This document shows, one piece after another, positions 1 to 8,707 of a DNA stretch of 32,000 nucleotides (the stretch's first letter is position 1; each line of letters opens with the position of its first letter). Position numbers and translations under genes: made by a program. The notes under the pieces were generated by a model that ran no database searches, was not told where the DNA came from, and was given only the letters and a program-made list of their open reading frames with translations. The DNA comes from Edaphobacter aggregans (GTDB taxonomy: Bacteria > Acidobacteriota > Terriglobia > Terriglobales > Acidobacteriaceae). The stretch lies in NCBI RefSeq assembly GCF_003945235.1, contig NZ_RSDW01000001.1, positions 30,001-62,000 of the forward strand, given 5' to 3'.

Positions 1-164
1 ACCATAGTTGTTGTATCCACCTTGGTCTAGTGTAAATCGTGATTGCGGTGGAGGCGGGCGGGAGCATCTGCCGAGGTGCGGGATTTGGGCAGATTTGAGA
101 TGGTTATGATGCGTTGGTGCGAGGTTTGCTATTCTCGCGGTACGTCGTTGCCTGAGGCCCTGAG

Positions 165-1856
165 ATGCTGCTCGAACTACGCGCGGAAAATTATGCGGTA
201 ATCGACCGTGCGGTCGCCAATTTTGGATTGGGATTGAACCTGCTGACCGGTGAGACGGGCGCGGGGAAATCGATCCTGATCGATGCGCTTGCGCTGCTGC
301 TTGGCGGCAAGGCTTCGACCGATGTTGTCCGGCATGGAGCCGAGAAGGCTGTGGTGGGATGCGTCTTCGAGTTGACGCCGGGGGCTGAGGCGATCCTTGA
401 GGCCAATGGCATTGATGTGGAGTCGGATCACATCCTCCTGCGGCGCGAGATTCTGGCGAACGGCAAGGGACGGGTCTTCGTGAATAACCAGCCGGCGACC
501 GTGGGAGTGTTACGACAGCTTGCTCCGGAGCTTGCGCTGGTGCACTCGCAGGGAGAGACGATGGGCTCGTTCGACCAGGCGCAGCAGCGGACTCTGCTGG
601 ATCGCTTTGGCGGATTGAGCCACGATGCTGTTGCCGATGCCTTTGCAGCGTGGCGAGCCACGAAGGACAAGCTTGAGGAGTTGCAGTCCGCCGAGCAGGA
701 TCGTCTGCGGATGGCCGATCTGTGGCGGTTTCAGAACAAGGAGATCGAACAAGCGGCGTTGACTGCGGAGGATGAAAACGTACAGCTCGAGGCGGAGAAG
801 CGTGTACTGGCCAACGCTGAGAAGCTGTACACGGCCGCCATGAGCGCTCATGAGTTGTTGTATGAGTCGGAGAGTTCGGCAGAGACGATCCTGGGCGGGG
901 CGTTGAAGAATCTTGAGGAGCTCGCTCGGTATGATGTGCGGTTTCAGGCTCCGGCACAGCAGTTGGCAGCGGCCAAGGCGATCGTCGAGGATGTGGACGC
1001 CGAGGTGCGTGACTTTGCCGACAACATCAATGCGGCTCCCGGGCGGCTGGAGGAGATTGAAGACCGGTTGGCTGCGCTCGATCGATTGAAGCGGAAGTAT
1101 GGGCAGACTTTGGCTGAGGTGATTGCGTTTGGAGCTGATGCTGCTCGCAAGTTGGCGGAGATCGAGAACCGGGATGCGCTGGTGGTGGAACTTCAGGCAA
1201 AAGAGGCCCAGGATGCCGCGGCTTATCGGGTGGCGTCTGCGCAGTTGAGTTCAGGCAGGGCAGAGGCCGCGAAGAAGCTGGAAAAGATGGCAGAGGCACA
1301 GATCAATGATCTGGCGATGAGCACTCGGTTTCGGATTCAGATTACCCCGGATCAGACACCGGCTAGCTGGACTGCGCATGGGTGGGATCAGGTGGAGTGC
1401 CTGATTGCGACCAATGCTGGGGAGCCGCTGAAGCCGCTCCACGAGATTGCCTCGGGGGGTGAGATGTCCCGCGTGATGCTGGCCCTGAAGGTTACGGTGG
1501 AGGAGGCTGCAAGTGGAGCGGGACGTAAGAAGAAGTCGCCGCTGCCTCGTACGCTGGTGTTTGACGAGATCGACATCGGCATCGGCGGGCGGGCTGCGGA
1601 GGCTGTTGGGCGAAAGCTGAAGACGCTGTCGCGTGGACAACAGGTGCTGTGCATCACGCATCTGCCGCAGATTGCTGCGTTTGGCGACCAGCACTTCCTG
1701 ATCGAGAAGACTGAAAAGCGCGGGCGTACCCAGACCGAGGTTCGACGCATGGAAGATACGGAGCGGACGCAGGAGATAGCCCGGATGCTCAGTGGCGCAA
1801 CGCTGACTGAAACCAGCCTGAAACATGCCGAACATCTGTTAGCAACCAGCCGATAG
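165..1856 (+). CDS. recN: DNA repair protein RecN (SMC-like ATPase)
   Basis: 563-aa ORF. N-terminal Walker A 'GETGAGKS'. Long Ala/Glu/Leu-rich coiled-coil-like middle. C-terminal signature-like 'SGGEMSRVMLAL' and Walker B 'LVFDEIDIGIGG'. Length and layout are typical of RecN. Confidence 0.93.
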   Translation: MLLELRAENYAVIDRAVANFGLGLNLLTGETGAGKSILIDALALLLGGKASTDVVRHGAEKAVVGCVFELTPGAEAILEANGIDVESDHILLRREILANGKGRVFVNNQPATVGVLRQLAPELALVHSQGETMGSFDQAQQRTLLDRFGGLSHDAVADAFAAWRATKDKLEELQSAEQDRLRMADLWRFQNKEIEQAALTAEDENVQLEAEKRVLANAEKLYTAAMSAHELLYESESSAETILGGALKNLEELARYDVRFQAPAQQLAAAKAIVEDVDAEVRDFADNINAAPGRLEEIEDRLAALDRLKRKYGQTLAEVIAFGADAARKLAEIENRDALVVELQAKEAQDAAAYRVASAQLSSGRAEAAKKLEKMAEAQINDLAMSTRFRIQITPDQTPASWTAHGWDQVECLIATNAGEPLKPLHEIASGGEMSRVMLALKVTVEEAASGAGRKKKSPLPRTLVFDEIDIGIGGRAAEAVGRKLKTLSRGQQVLCITHLPQIAAFGDQHFLIEKTEKRGRTQTEVRRMEDTERTQEIARMLSGATLTETSLKHAEHLLATSR

Positions 1857-1914
1857 TGACACATCCCCGACCGACCGACCCGCATCCGACAGTTGCAAAT
1901 GGAGGTGCCGGGCT

Positions 1915-2067
1915 ATGACAACACCATCAGGTCCCCAGAAATGCGCAAAAGAAGGCTGTAGTTGCATGGCGGAACCGGGTAGCAAATATTGTTCAACGCA
2001 GTGCCAGGATGCGAAGAAGTTTATGACGCTGAAGTGTGCTTGCGGCCATCCCGAGTGTTCCCATTGA
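1915..2067 (+). CDS. Small Cys/His-rich protein, probable SmtA/BmtA-type bacterial metallothionein (50 aa)
   Basis: Absent from the supplied ORF track (below 60 aa). ATG at 1915, TGA at 2065-2067, GGAGG at 1901-1905 (9-nt spacer). Translation: MTTPSGPQKCAKEGCSCMAEPGSKYCSTQCQDAKKFMTLKCACGHPECSH, with 8 Cys and 2 His. The blocks KCAxxxCxC / YCSxxC / CxCGHxxC are arranged as I recall for cyanobacterial SmtA (from memory, not searched). Confidence 0.6.
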   Translation: MTTPSGPQKCAKEGCSCMAEPGSKYCSTQCQDAKKFMTLKCACGHPECSH

Positions 2068-2231
2068 TTCGAATGAATTATTAGCAGGAGCCTTAAAGAA
2101 TGAGGCTGTTAGCGTGATGTGGGTGGAAATGACCCGGCTCCGTGAGCGCGGCGTGGAGATATCCTCTGTTGTTGCACCACGGTTGGTTCAATTCTGGGCC
2201 TCGGCGGCCCCAAACGGGGTATACTTGATAG

Positions 2232-3245
2232 GTGACCACTACCACCCTTGACCTGGCTGTAACAAACGAAAACGGCAACACGACAAAGACCAAGCGCGTA
2301 CTTCTCCTTAAGCCCCGTGGCTTTTGTGCGGGTGTTGTGCGGGCTATCGACATTGTCCAGATTGCGCTCGATACTTTCGGCGCGCCGATCTACGTCCGCA
2401 AGGAGATTGTTCACAATAGCTACGTGGTGAATGACCTCGCCAAAAAAGGCGCAATCTTCGTTAACGAACTGGACGAAGTGCCTGAAGGCGCACGGGTTAT
2501 CTATTCGGCCCACGGTGTCTCTCCGGCAGTTCGGGAGCGTGCCAAGGAGCGTGGGTTGAAAGTCATCGATGCGACCTGCCCGCTGGTGACCAAGGTGCAT
2601 GTTGAGGCGATCAAGTTCGCCAAGCAGGGTTATTCGCTGGTGCTGGTTGGGCATCGCGATCACGAGGAAGTCGAGGGAACCCAGGGTGAAGCCCCGGATG
2701 TGACGCAGGTGGTTTCGACCGTCGAAGAGGTTGCGGCTCTGGTTGTTCCCGACCCAAACAAGGTCGCTTATCTCACGCAGACGACGCTTTCGCTGGACGA
2801 GGCTCGCTACATGATCGAGGCCTTGAAGAAGAAATTCCCGAACATTATCGGGCCACACGCGCAGGATATCTGCTACGCGACTGAGAACCGTCAGACTGCG
2901 GTCAAGAATGTCGCTCATGGAGCCGACCTGGTTCTGGTGGTTGGTTCGCGGAACAGTTCGAACTCCAATCGTCTGGTCGAAGTCTCGAAGAATCTCGATA
3001 CGAACTCTTACCTGATCGACACAGCCGATGCCATCCAGCCTGATTGGCTCGACGGCGTCGATACGGTCGCTGTGACCGCGGGCGCTTCTGCTCCCGAGGT
3101 GCTGGTGAAGGATGTTGTTGAGTACCTGCAGGCGAAGGGCTATGGTTCGGTCGATGAGGTGGAGGTCATGCCGGAGAATGTCCGCTTCGGCCTACCGCCC
3201 GAGATCGTCCAAGCTATAGCGTCCGCTCCGCCAGCAGCACGGTAG
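2232..3245 (+). CDS. ispH: 4-hydroxy-3-methylbut-2-enyl diphosphate reductase (IspH/LytB)
   Basis: 337-aa ORF with a GTG start. Motifs 'KPRGFCAGVVRAI', 'DATCPLVTKVH' and 'NSSNSNRL' supply the conserved Cys ligands of the IspH 4Fe-4S cluster. First gene of the same-strand hopanoid operon. Confidence 0.92.
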   Translation: MTTTTLDLAVTNENGNTTKTKRVLLLKPRGFCAGVVRAIDIVQIALDTFGAPIYVRKEIVHNSYVVNDLAKKGAIFVNELDEVPEGARVIYSAHGVSPAVRERAKERGLKVIDATCPLVTKVHVEAIKFAKQGYSLVLVGHRDHEEVEGTQGEAPDVTQVVSTVEEVAALVVPDPNKVAYLTQTTLSLDEARYMIEALKKKFPNIIGPHAQDICYATENRQTAVKNVAHGADLVLVVGSRNSSNSNRLVEVSKNLDTNSYLIDTADAIQPDWLDGVDTVAVTAGASAPEVLVKDVVEYLQAKGYGSVDEVEVMPENVRFGLPPEIVQAIASAPPAAR

Positions 3246-3268
3246 ACGGCCAGAGTTATCCAGAGAGT

Positions 3269-5308
3269 TTGCCTCAGATGAGTGGTCAATCTTCACGCAA
3301 TCCGCAGACGGTCACCCAGCCCGCGCAGCCGCGCTTTGGGCGTATGGACCTTGGCCTGGAGCATGTCGCCAACGGCATCGCTCGCGCCAAGGAGTGGCTG
3401 CTTGGCCAGCAACATCCTGACGGGTACTGGTGTGGAGAGCTTGAAGCGGACAGCATGCTCGAGTCCGACTACATCTTTATGCACACGCTGCTCGGTACCG
3501 GCGACCCGGGCAAAATGGAGCGTGCCATCAACGAGATTCTCCGCCACCAGAATGAAGACGGTGGATGGAGCCTGTATCCGGGTGGACCTTCGAATATTAA
3601 CTACGGAGTCAAAGCGTATCTGTCACTGAAGCTTATGGGCTGGTCGAAGGACCACCCTGTGCTGGTGAAGGCGCGTGAGTGGGTGTTGGCGCACGGTGGT
3701 GTGACCGAGTGCAATACCTTCACTAAGATTTATCTCTGTGCGTTGGGTCAGTATGACTATGACGCTGTGCCGGCTATTCCGCCCGAGATCGTTCTCTTTC
3801 CTAACTGGTTCTACTTCAACATCTACGAGATCTCTTCGTGGTCACGCGGCATTTTGGTTCCGTTGTCGATCATCTACGCGAAGAAGCCGTTCAAGAAGCT
3901 TGCACCAGAACAGGGCATTGAGGAGTTGTTCGTCGGTGGCCGCGAGAACTCAAACCTGCATCTGCGCTGGGACAAGAAGCGTCCCGTCAGTTGGCGAAAT
4001 TTCTTCCTCTTTACCGATCGCATGGTTCACTGGTTTGAGCGCGTACACATTCGCCCGCTGCGTAAGGTCGCGATCAAAAAAGCTGAGAAGTGGATGCTCG
4101 AGCGATTCGAGAAATCGGATGGTTTGGGTGCGATCTATCCCGCGATGCTGAACTCCATCGTTGCGCTGCGATGCCTCGGGCGTTCTGTAGACGATCCGCA
4201 GATGATCCGTGCACTCGACGAATTCGAAAAGTTGGGTATTGATTGCCCCGACGGTACGGAAGACTACCCAACACCCACTTTCCGGATGCAGCCTTGCTTC
4301 CCGCCTGTATGGGATACGGCTCAGGCGATGTATGCTCTTGGCGAGGCAGGAGTCCGAAAGGATGATCCGCGCATGCTGAAGGCGGCTGACTGGATTTTGT
4401 CCAAGGAAGTACGTCAGAAGGGCGACTGGGCCGAGAAGGTCAAGAACGTCGAACCGGGTGGTTGGTACTTCGAGTTCAACAATGAGTTTTACCCGGATGT
4501 TGATGATACCGGGCAAGTTCTGCTGGCGTTGAACTGCGTCGACAATCCTCGCGAGCGCTATCAGTATGACGCTTGTCAGCGTGCGCTGAACTGGATATGG
4601 GCGATGCAGTGCAAGAACGGTGGATGGGCTGCTTTCGATAAGGACAACACCAAAAGCATCTTCCAGTACATCCCGTTTGCCGACCACAACGCGATGCTTG
4701 ATCCACCGACTGTCGACATCACCGGCCGCATGCTGGAGATGTTGGCGCAGTACGGATTTACGAGAAAGGATCCGCGCGTCGAGAAAGCTGTTCAGTTCAT
4801 CCTGAAGGAACAGGAGCCCGACGGAAGCTGGTTCGGGCGATGGGGCGTCAACTATCTCTACGGCACGTTCCTGGTTCTGCGCGGCCTTGAGGCGATGGGC
4901 TTCTGGAACCATGAGCCCGCAGTGCAGCAAGCCGCGGAATGGATTCGCATGGTGCAAAACGCCGATGGCGGATGGGGCGAGACCTGCGGCACGTATGACG
5001 ACCCCAACCAGCGCGGCATTGGGCCGAGCACGCCATCGCAGACGGCATGGGCGGTTCTTGGGCTGCTGGCTGCGGGTGACACGCGTTCCGATTCTGTTGC
5101 GAAGGGCGTTCGTTGGCTAGTGGAGCGCCAGCACAAGGACGGAAGTTGGGATGAACTCGTGCCGGGACGCAACGGCGAGAGCTACTACACGGGAACAGGT
5201 TTTCCGCGCGTCTTTTACCTTGGATATCACTTGTACAAGCAGTACTTCCCCTTGCTGGCGCTGACGACATACGAGCGCGCCATGGGGCGGGAAGAGGCGG
5301 CAGCGTAG
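3269..5308 (+). CDS. shc: Squalene-hopene cyclase
   Basis: 679-aa ORF from TTG 3269. ATG 3278 (MSGQSS...) has better spacing to GAGAG and may be the true start. Catalytic 'DVDDTG' (DxDD) motif. Repeated QW-type motifs (e.g. 'QNEDGGW', 'QCKNGGW', 'QEPDGSWFGRWGVNYLYGT', 'QNADGGWGE', 'QHKDGSW'). 'STPSQTAWA' and 'YTGTGFPRVFYLGY' closely resemble the Alicyclobacillus SHC sequence as I recall it. Confidence 0.96.
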   Translation: MPQMSGQSSRNPQTVTQPAQPRFGRMDLGLEHVANGIARAKEWLLGQQHPDGYWCGELEADSMLESDYIFMHTLLGTGDPGKMERAINEILRHQNEDGGWSLYPGGPSNINYGVKAYLSLKLMGWSKDHPVLVKAREWVLAHGGVTECNTFTKIYLCALGQYDYDAVPAIPPEIVLFPNWFYFNIYEISSWSRGILVPLSIIYAKKPFKKLAPEQGIEELFVGGRENSNLHLRWDKKRPVSWRNFFLFTDRMVHWFERVHIRPLRKVAIKKAEKWMLERFEKSDGLGAIYPAMLNSIVALRCLGRSVDDPQMIRALDEFEKLGIDCPDGTEDYPTPTFRMQPCFPPVWDTAQAMYALGEAGVRKDDPRMLKAADWILSKEVRQKGDWAEKVKNVEPGGWYFEFNNEFYPDVDDTGQVLLALNCVDNPRERYQYDACQRALNWIWAMQCKNGGWAAFDKDNTKSIFQYIPFADHNAMLDPPTVDITGRMLEMLAQYGFTRKDPRVEKAVQFILKEQEPDGSWFGRWGVNYLYGTFLVLRGLEAMGFWNHEPAVQQAAEWIRMVQNADGGWGETCGTYDDPNQRGIGPSTPSQTAWAVLGLLAAGDTRSDSVAKGVRWLVERQHKDGSWDELVPGRNGESYYTGTGFPRVFYLGYHLYKQYFPLLALTTYERAMGREEAAA

Positions 5309-5345
5309 GCCGTTACATTACAGACTTTTTTGGAGGAGACAACGG

Positions 5346-6485
5346 ATGGCAGTTCCAGTCTCGCAAGCTTGGACAGTTGCAACGTACGTTTTAAAACAGA
5401 AATTGATGGGCCGGAAGAGGTATCCGCTCGTGCTGATGCTCGAACCGCTCTTCCGCTGCAACCTGGCTTGCGCCGGCTGCGGCAAGATCCAGTATCCGGC
5501 ACATATCCTGAAGACCGACCTGTCGCCCGAAGAGTGCTTCAAGGCAGTCGAAGAGTGCGGTACGCCGATGGTCTCGATTCCTGGCGGAGAGCCTCTGCTG
5601 CATCCTCAGATGCCGGAGATTGTTGCCGGTCTAGTTGCGCGCAAGAAGTACGTCTACATGTGCACCAACGCCCTGCTGTTGAAAGAGAAGCTGCACCTCT
5701 TCAAGCCGAGCAAGTATCTTTCGTTTTCCGTTCACGTCGACGGCCAGCGCGAGCATCATGACTTCTCCGTCTGTCGAGAGGGTGGGTACGATATCGCGAT
5801 GGAGGGAGTTCGTGCTGCGGTTGCGGCAGGATTCCGCGTTACTACGAACACGACGCTCTTCGATGGTGCCGACCCCAACTCCGTGCGCGCACACTTTGAC
5901 GAGTTGATGGAAGTTGGTGTCGAGAGCATGATGGTCTCGCCCGGCTACACCTACGACAAGGCTCCTGACCAGAATCATTTTCTGGGCAAGGCGAAGTCGC
6001 GCAGGATGTTTCGCGCCATCCTTTCCAACCGTAAGAAGTCCTGGCGCTTCAATACGCATCCGCTCTTCTCCGAGTTTCTGATGGGCAAGCAGAACTTCGA
6101 ATGCACACCTTGGGGCATGCCGACGTTTTCGATCTTCGGCTGGCAGAAGCCGTGCTATTTGCTACAGGATGGTTACGCCGATACGTTCCAGGAACTGATG
6201 GAAACGACGAACTGGCAGAACTACGGTGCAAAGAGCGGCAATCCACAGTGTGCTAACTGCATGGTTCACTCCGGACACGAGGCCTCAGCAGTGGATTACA
6301 ACTTCGGCTCATTGAAGGGGTTCCTGATTACAGCAAAGAAATACATGTTCCCATCGACCTATCCAGACGAGGGCGCGATGAAGCTGTTGAACGAGTGGCG
6401 GCCAGAACATGCCAGCCCGCTGGTCCAGATTAAGGCCTCTGCCGGTACGGCCAACAATGAACTGCAGTCAGTTTCAGGAGATTAG
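5346..6485 (+). CDS. hpnH: Adenosylhopane synthase, radical SAM (HpnH)
   Basis: 379-aa ORF. GGAGGAG at 5333-5339, 6 nt before the ATG. Radical-SAM cluster motif 'CNLACAGCG' (CxxxCxxC). Length and position next to shc, hpnA and hpnG fit the HpnH family. Confidence 0.88.
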   Translation: MAVPVSQAWTVATYVLKQKLMGRKRYPLVLMLEPLFRCNLACAGCGKIQYPAHILKTDLSPEECFKAVEECGTPMVSIPGGEPLLHPQMPEIVAGLVARKKYVYMCTNALLLKEKLHLFKPSKYLSFSVHVDGQREHHDFSVCREGGYDIAMEGVRAAVAAGFRVTTNTTLFDGADPNSVRAHFDELMEVGVESMMVSPGYTYDKAPDQNHFLGKAKSRRMFRAILSNRKKSWRFNTHPLFSEFLMGKQNFECTPWGMPTFSIFGWQKPCYLLQDGYADTFQELMETTNWQNYGAKSGNPQCANCMVHSGHEASAVDYNFGSLKGFLITAKKYMFPSTYPDEGAMKLLNEWRPEHASPLVQIKASAGTANNELQSVSGD

Positions 6486-6490
6486 GCATC

Positions 6491-6937
6491 ATGGCGACTG
6501 AGCAACAGGAGCACCTGAAGATCGAACAACTGCGGCACCAGAGTGCCGACGAGCTCGAACACATCGAAGGTCGCGAACGCGAGAACCTTGAGGGATGGGT
6601 TCCGGCACTGGCTACGGATGCTGAGATTCGTGAGGCGTTGGAGAAGGCCTTTGATTATCGTGGCGATATCACCATCACTCGGAAGGATGGTTCGCAGGTC
6701 ACAGGCTATCTCTTCGACCGTCGCTCAGGCTCTTCGCTGGCGGACTCCTTTGTTCGCATCATTCCATCGAACGCACCGACAAAGGTGAACGTTGCCTACG
6801 CTGACATTGCCGCGCTGGCGTTTACCGGTCGCGACACTGCAGCCGGAAAAACCTTCGAAGCCTGGGTCAAGAAGTACTGGGAGAAGAAGGCAGCGGGCGA
6901 AAAGAACATCCAGATCGAACCCGAAAAGCTGGATTAA
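6491..6937 (+). CDS. Hypothetical soluble protein embedded in the hopanoid operon (no domain recognised)
   Basis: 148-aa ORF starting 5 nt after the hpnH stop, with GGAG inside the hpnH 3' end. No signal peptide, TM helix or cofactor motif. Acidic N-terminus, then a predicted beta-rich core ('DYRGDITITRKDGSQVTGYLFD', 'SFVRIIPSN..KVNVAYADIAALAFTG') and a basic C-terminal helix. Confidence 0.75.
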   Translation: MATEQQEHLKIEQLRHQSADELEHIEGRERENLEGWVPALATDAEIREALEKAFDYRGDITITRKDGSQVTGYLFDRRSGSSLADSFVRIIPSNAPTKVNVAYADIAALAFTGRDTAAGKTFEAWVKKYWEKKAAGEKNIQIEPEKLD

Positions 6938-6978
6938 TTTCCGCTGCAGGGTGAAGAACTCGCTGAATCCGTTCGTCT

Positions 6979-6993
6979 GCAAACTTCGTTTGC
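6979..6993 (+). promoter_or_regulatory. Small hairpin GCAAAC-ttc-GTTTGC in the only gap over 40 nt within the operon
   Basis: Perfect 6-bp stem with a 3-nt loop in the 78-nt gap between orf148 and hpnA. No clear U-tract follows. Possible attenuator or processing site, or chance. Confidence 0.2.
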
Positions 6994-7015
6994 TTCACAC
7001 CAGAGAGACTAAGAA

Positions 7016-8026
7016 GTGCGCGTATTTATTACGGGAGCGACGGGCTTCGTCGGGGCTCATGTGGCCCGAAAGTATGCGTCCGAGGGCGCAAGCCTTCGTT
7101 TATTAACCAGGCAGACGAGCAGGCTGGATGCACTGGCAGGTCTCGATGCAGAGACCGTGGTAGGCGATTTGCGCGAGCCGGAGAAGCTGCGCTCCGCACT
7201 TACGGGATGCGATGCGTTGGTTCATGTCGCCGCCGACTACCGGCTGTGGGTGCGCGATCCGCAGCAGATGTACGCCGCTAACGTCGATGGGACTCGCGAA
7301 TTGCTCCGGCTGGCGCGTGAGACCGGCGTACGGCGCGTGGTATACACGTCGAGCGTCGCCACCATGGGGTTCAAATCCGACGGGACGATAGTGAACGAGG
7401 ACACGCCCGTCTCGATCGTCGATATGATCGGCCATTACAAGCGGTCGAAGTTTCTCGGCGAGCAGGAGGCCATTAAAGCTGCAAAGGCCGGACAGTATGT
7501 GATGATTCTGAATCCGACCACACCCATCGGTCCCGGTGACGCGAAGCCCACGCCGACAGGTCGAATCATCGCCGACTTCCTGAATAAGAAGTTTCCTGCC
7601 TATGTAGATACAGGCCTCAACCTTGTTGACGTCGCTGAGGTGGCACGGATGCATGTTGAAGCTCTGGACCACGGAACTCCGGGCGAGCGGTACATCCTCG
7701 GCGGTGAGAATCTGACCCTCAAGCAAATTCTCGACCGTATGTCCGCGATCACCGGCCTCCCTTCGCCGACCATGAAAGTGCCGCATTCCGTTGCGATGGC
7801 GTTTGCTTTCTTTGACGAGACATTTACAGGCAAAATGCTAGGCAAAGAGCCGCGCGCTACAGTTGAGGCTGTGCGCATGGGGAAGAAGATGATGTTCGCC
7901 ACCTCGATGAAAGCTGAACGCGACCTCGGCTTCAAGGTGCTACCAATCTACAACGCGCTGCGCTCCGCAATCGAATGGTTCGTCGCTAACGACTATGCTC
8001 CTCCTTTCTCCAAGCCCACCCTATGA
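7016..8026 (+). CDS. hpnA: Hopanoid-associated NAD(P)-dependent sugar epimerase/dehydratase-family SDR (HpnA)
   Basis: 336-aa ORF with a GTG start. N-terminal Rossmann 'VFITGATGFVGAHV' and extended-SDR catalytic 'YKRSK' (YxxxK). Sits between hpnH and hpnG. Its stop overlaps the hpnG start (ATGA). Confidence 0.85.
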   Translation: MRVFITGATGFVGAHVARKYASEGASLRLLTRQTSRLDALAGLDAETVVGDLREPEKLRSALTGCDALVHVAADYRLWVRDPQQMYAANVDGTRELLRLARETGVRRVVYTSSVATMGFKSDGTIVNEDTPVSIVDMIGHYKRSKFLGEQEAIKAAKAGQYVMILNPTTPIGPGDAKPTPTGRIIADFLNKKFPAYVDTGLNLVDVAEVARMHVEALDHGTPGERYILGGENLTLKQILDRMSAITGLPSPTMKVPHSVAMAFAFFDETFTGKMLGKEPRATVEAVRMGKKMMFATSMKAERDLGFKVLPIYNALRSAIEWFVANDYAPPFSKPTL

Positions 8027-8703
8027 AAGAGTGTCCCGCCATCATCGCCGCGTTGCCCCGCGAGGTGAAGCATCTGGTACGAGGCTGGAAGCGGGAGCAC
8101 CTACCTGGCAAGATCCATGCCTATACCAACGATTTTGCGGTTGTCGTCTGCGCTGGCATGGGACCTGCACGCGCCACACTTGCCGTTCAGGCGGCGATGT
8201 CGCTTAAGCCTGTAACGGCGCTGCTCTGCGTAGGTGTTGCAGGTGCGTGCGATCCGTCCCTCGCTGTAGGAGACGTCGTTAAGGCAGGTGTTGTCGTAGA
8301 CACACAGTCGGGCGAACGATTCACAGACTCGCCGTTCAGGCAGGTGTTGGTCAGTACGCCAGCCATCGCCAGTGTTCGGGAAAAGCAACGACTCCATGCC
8401 TCGTATGGCGCTGCTGCCGTCGATATGGAGGCTGCAACCGTGGCGCGAATCGCTCAAGCGCACGATCTTGCATTTCATGCGATCAAGGCCATCTCCGACG
8501 ACGCGTCCTTCGAGCTTCATGAACTTGCTCGTTTTGCTACAGATGACGGCCAGTTTCGCGAGGCAGCATTTGCTGCACATGCGCTTCTGCGTCCACAGCT
8601 TTGGAGCAAACTGATACAGCTTGCAGGCAATAGCAAGCGTGCGATCAATGCCCTGACGAAGGAGCTTGAATCGCAGCTAGACTGGTATAGGCGGAGCGCT
8701 TAA
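8023..8703 (+). CDS. hpnG: Hopanoid-associated nucleosidase/phosphorylase, PNP_UDP_1 family (HpnG)
   Basis: 226-aa ORF. MtnN-like motifs 'GVAGACDP' and 'AVDMEAATVA'. 4-nt ATGA overlap with hpnA. The context matches the adenosylhopane nucleosidase step. Confidence 0.8.
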   Translation: MKECPAIIAALPREVKHLVRGWKREHLPGKIHAYTNDFAVVVCAGMGPARATLAVQAAMSLKPVTALLCVGVAGACDPSLAVGDVVKAGVVVDTQSGERFTDSPFRQVLVSTPAIASVREKQRLHASYGAAAVDMEAATVARIAQAHDLAFHAIKAISDDASFELHELARFATDDGQFREAAFAAHALLRPQLWSKLIQLAGNSKRAINALTKELESQLDWYRRSA

Positions 8704-8707
8704 ACGG

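Noticed and set aside
1-164. Looked for an SOS (LexA) operator upstream of recN. I checked the GTTC-N7-GTTC direct repeat reported for Acidobacterium/Alphaproteobacteria and the CTGT-N8-ACAG type.
   Set aside because: Neither pattern is present in the 164 nt available. The nearest is GTTA-N6-GTTG, which has the wrong spacing and bases. The promoter may also extend beyond the window edge.
1867-1878. (CCGA)x3 tetranucleotide repeat just after the recN stop.
   Set aside because: Three units only. It is too short to call a microsatellite or phase-variation tract and is not within a coding or obvious promoter element.
2036-2251. 71-aa plus-strand ORF in the metallothionein to ispH gap.
   Set aside because: It overlaps the 3' end of the better-supported Cys-rich ORF and the ispH start. 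It has no SD and no recognisable features.
8106-8120. TGGCAAGATCCATGC, a good sigma-54 GG-N10-GC match on the plus strand.
   Set aside because: It lies inside the hpnG coding sequence, 83 nt into the gene, with no downstream start to serve. It is most likely chance in GC-rich DNA.
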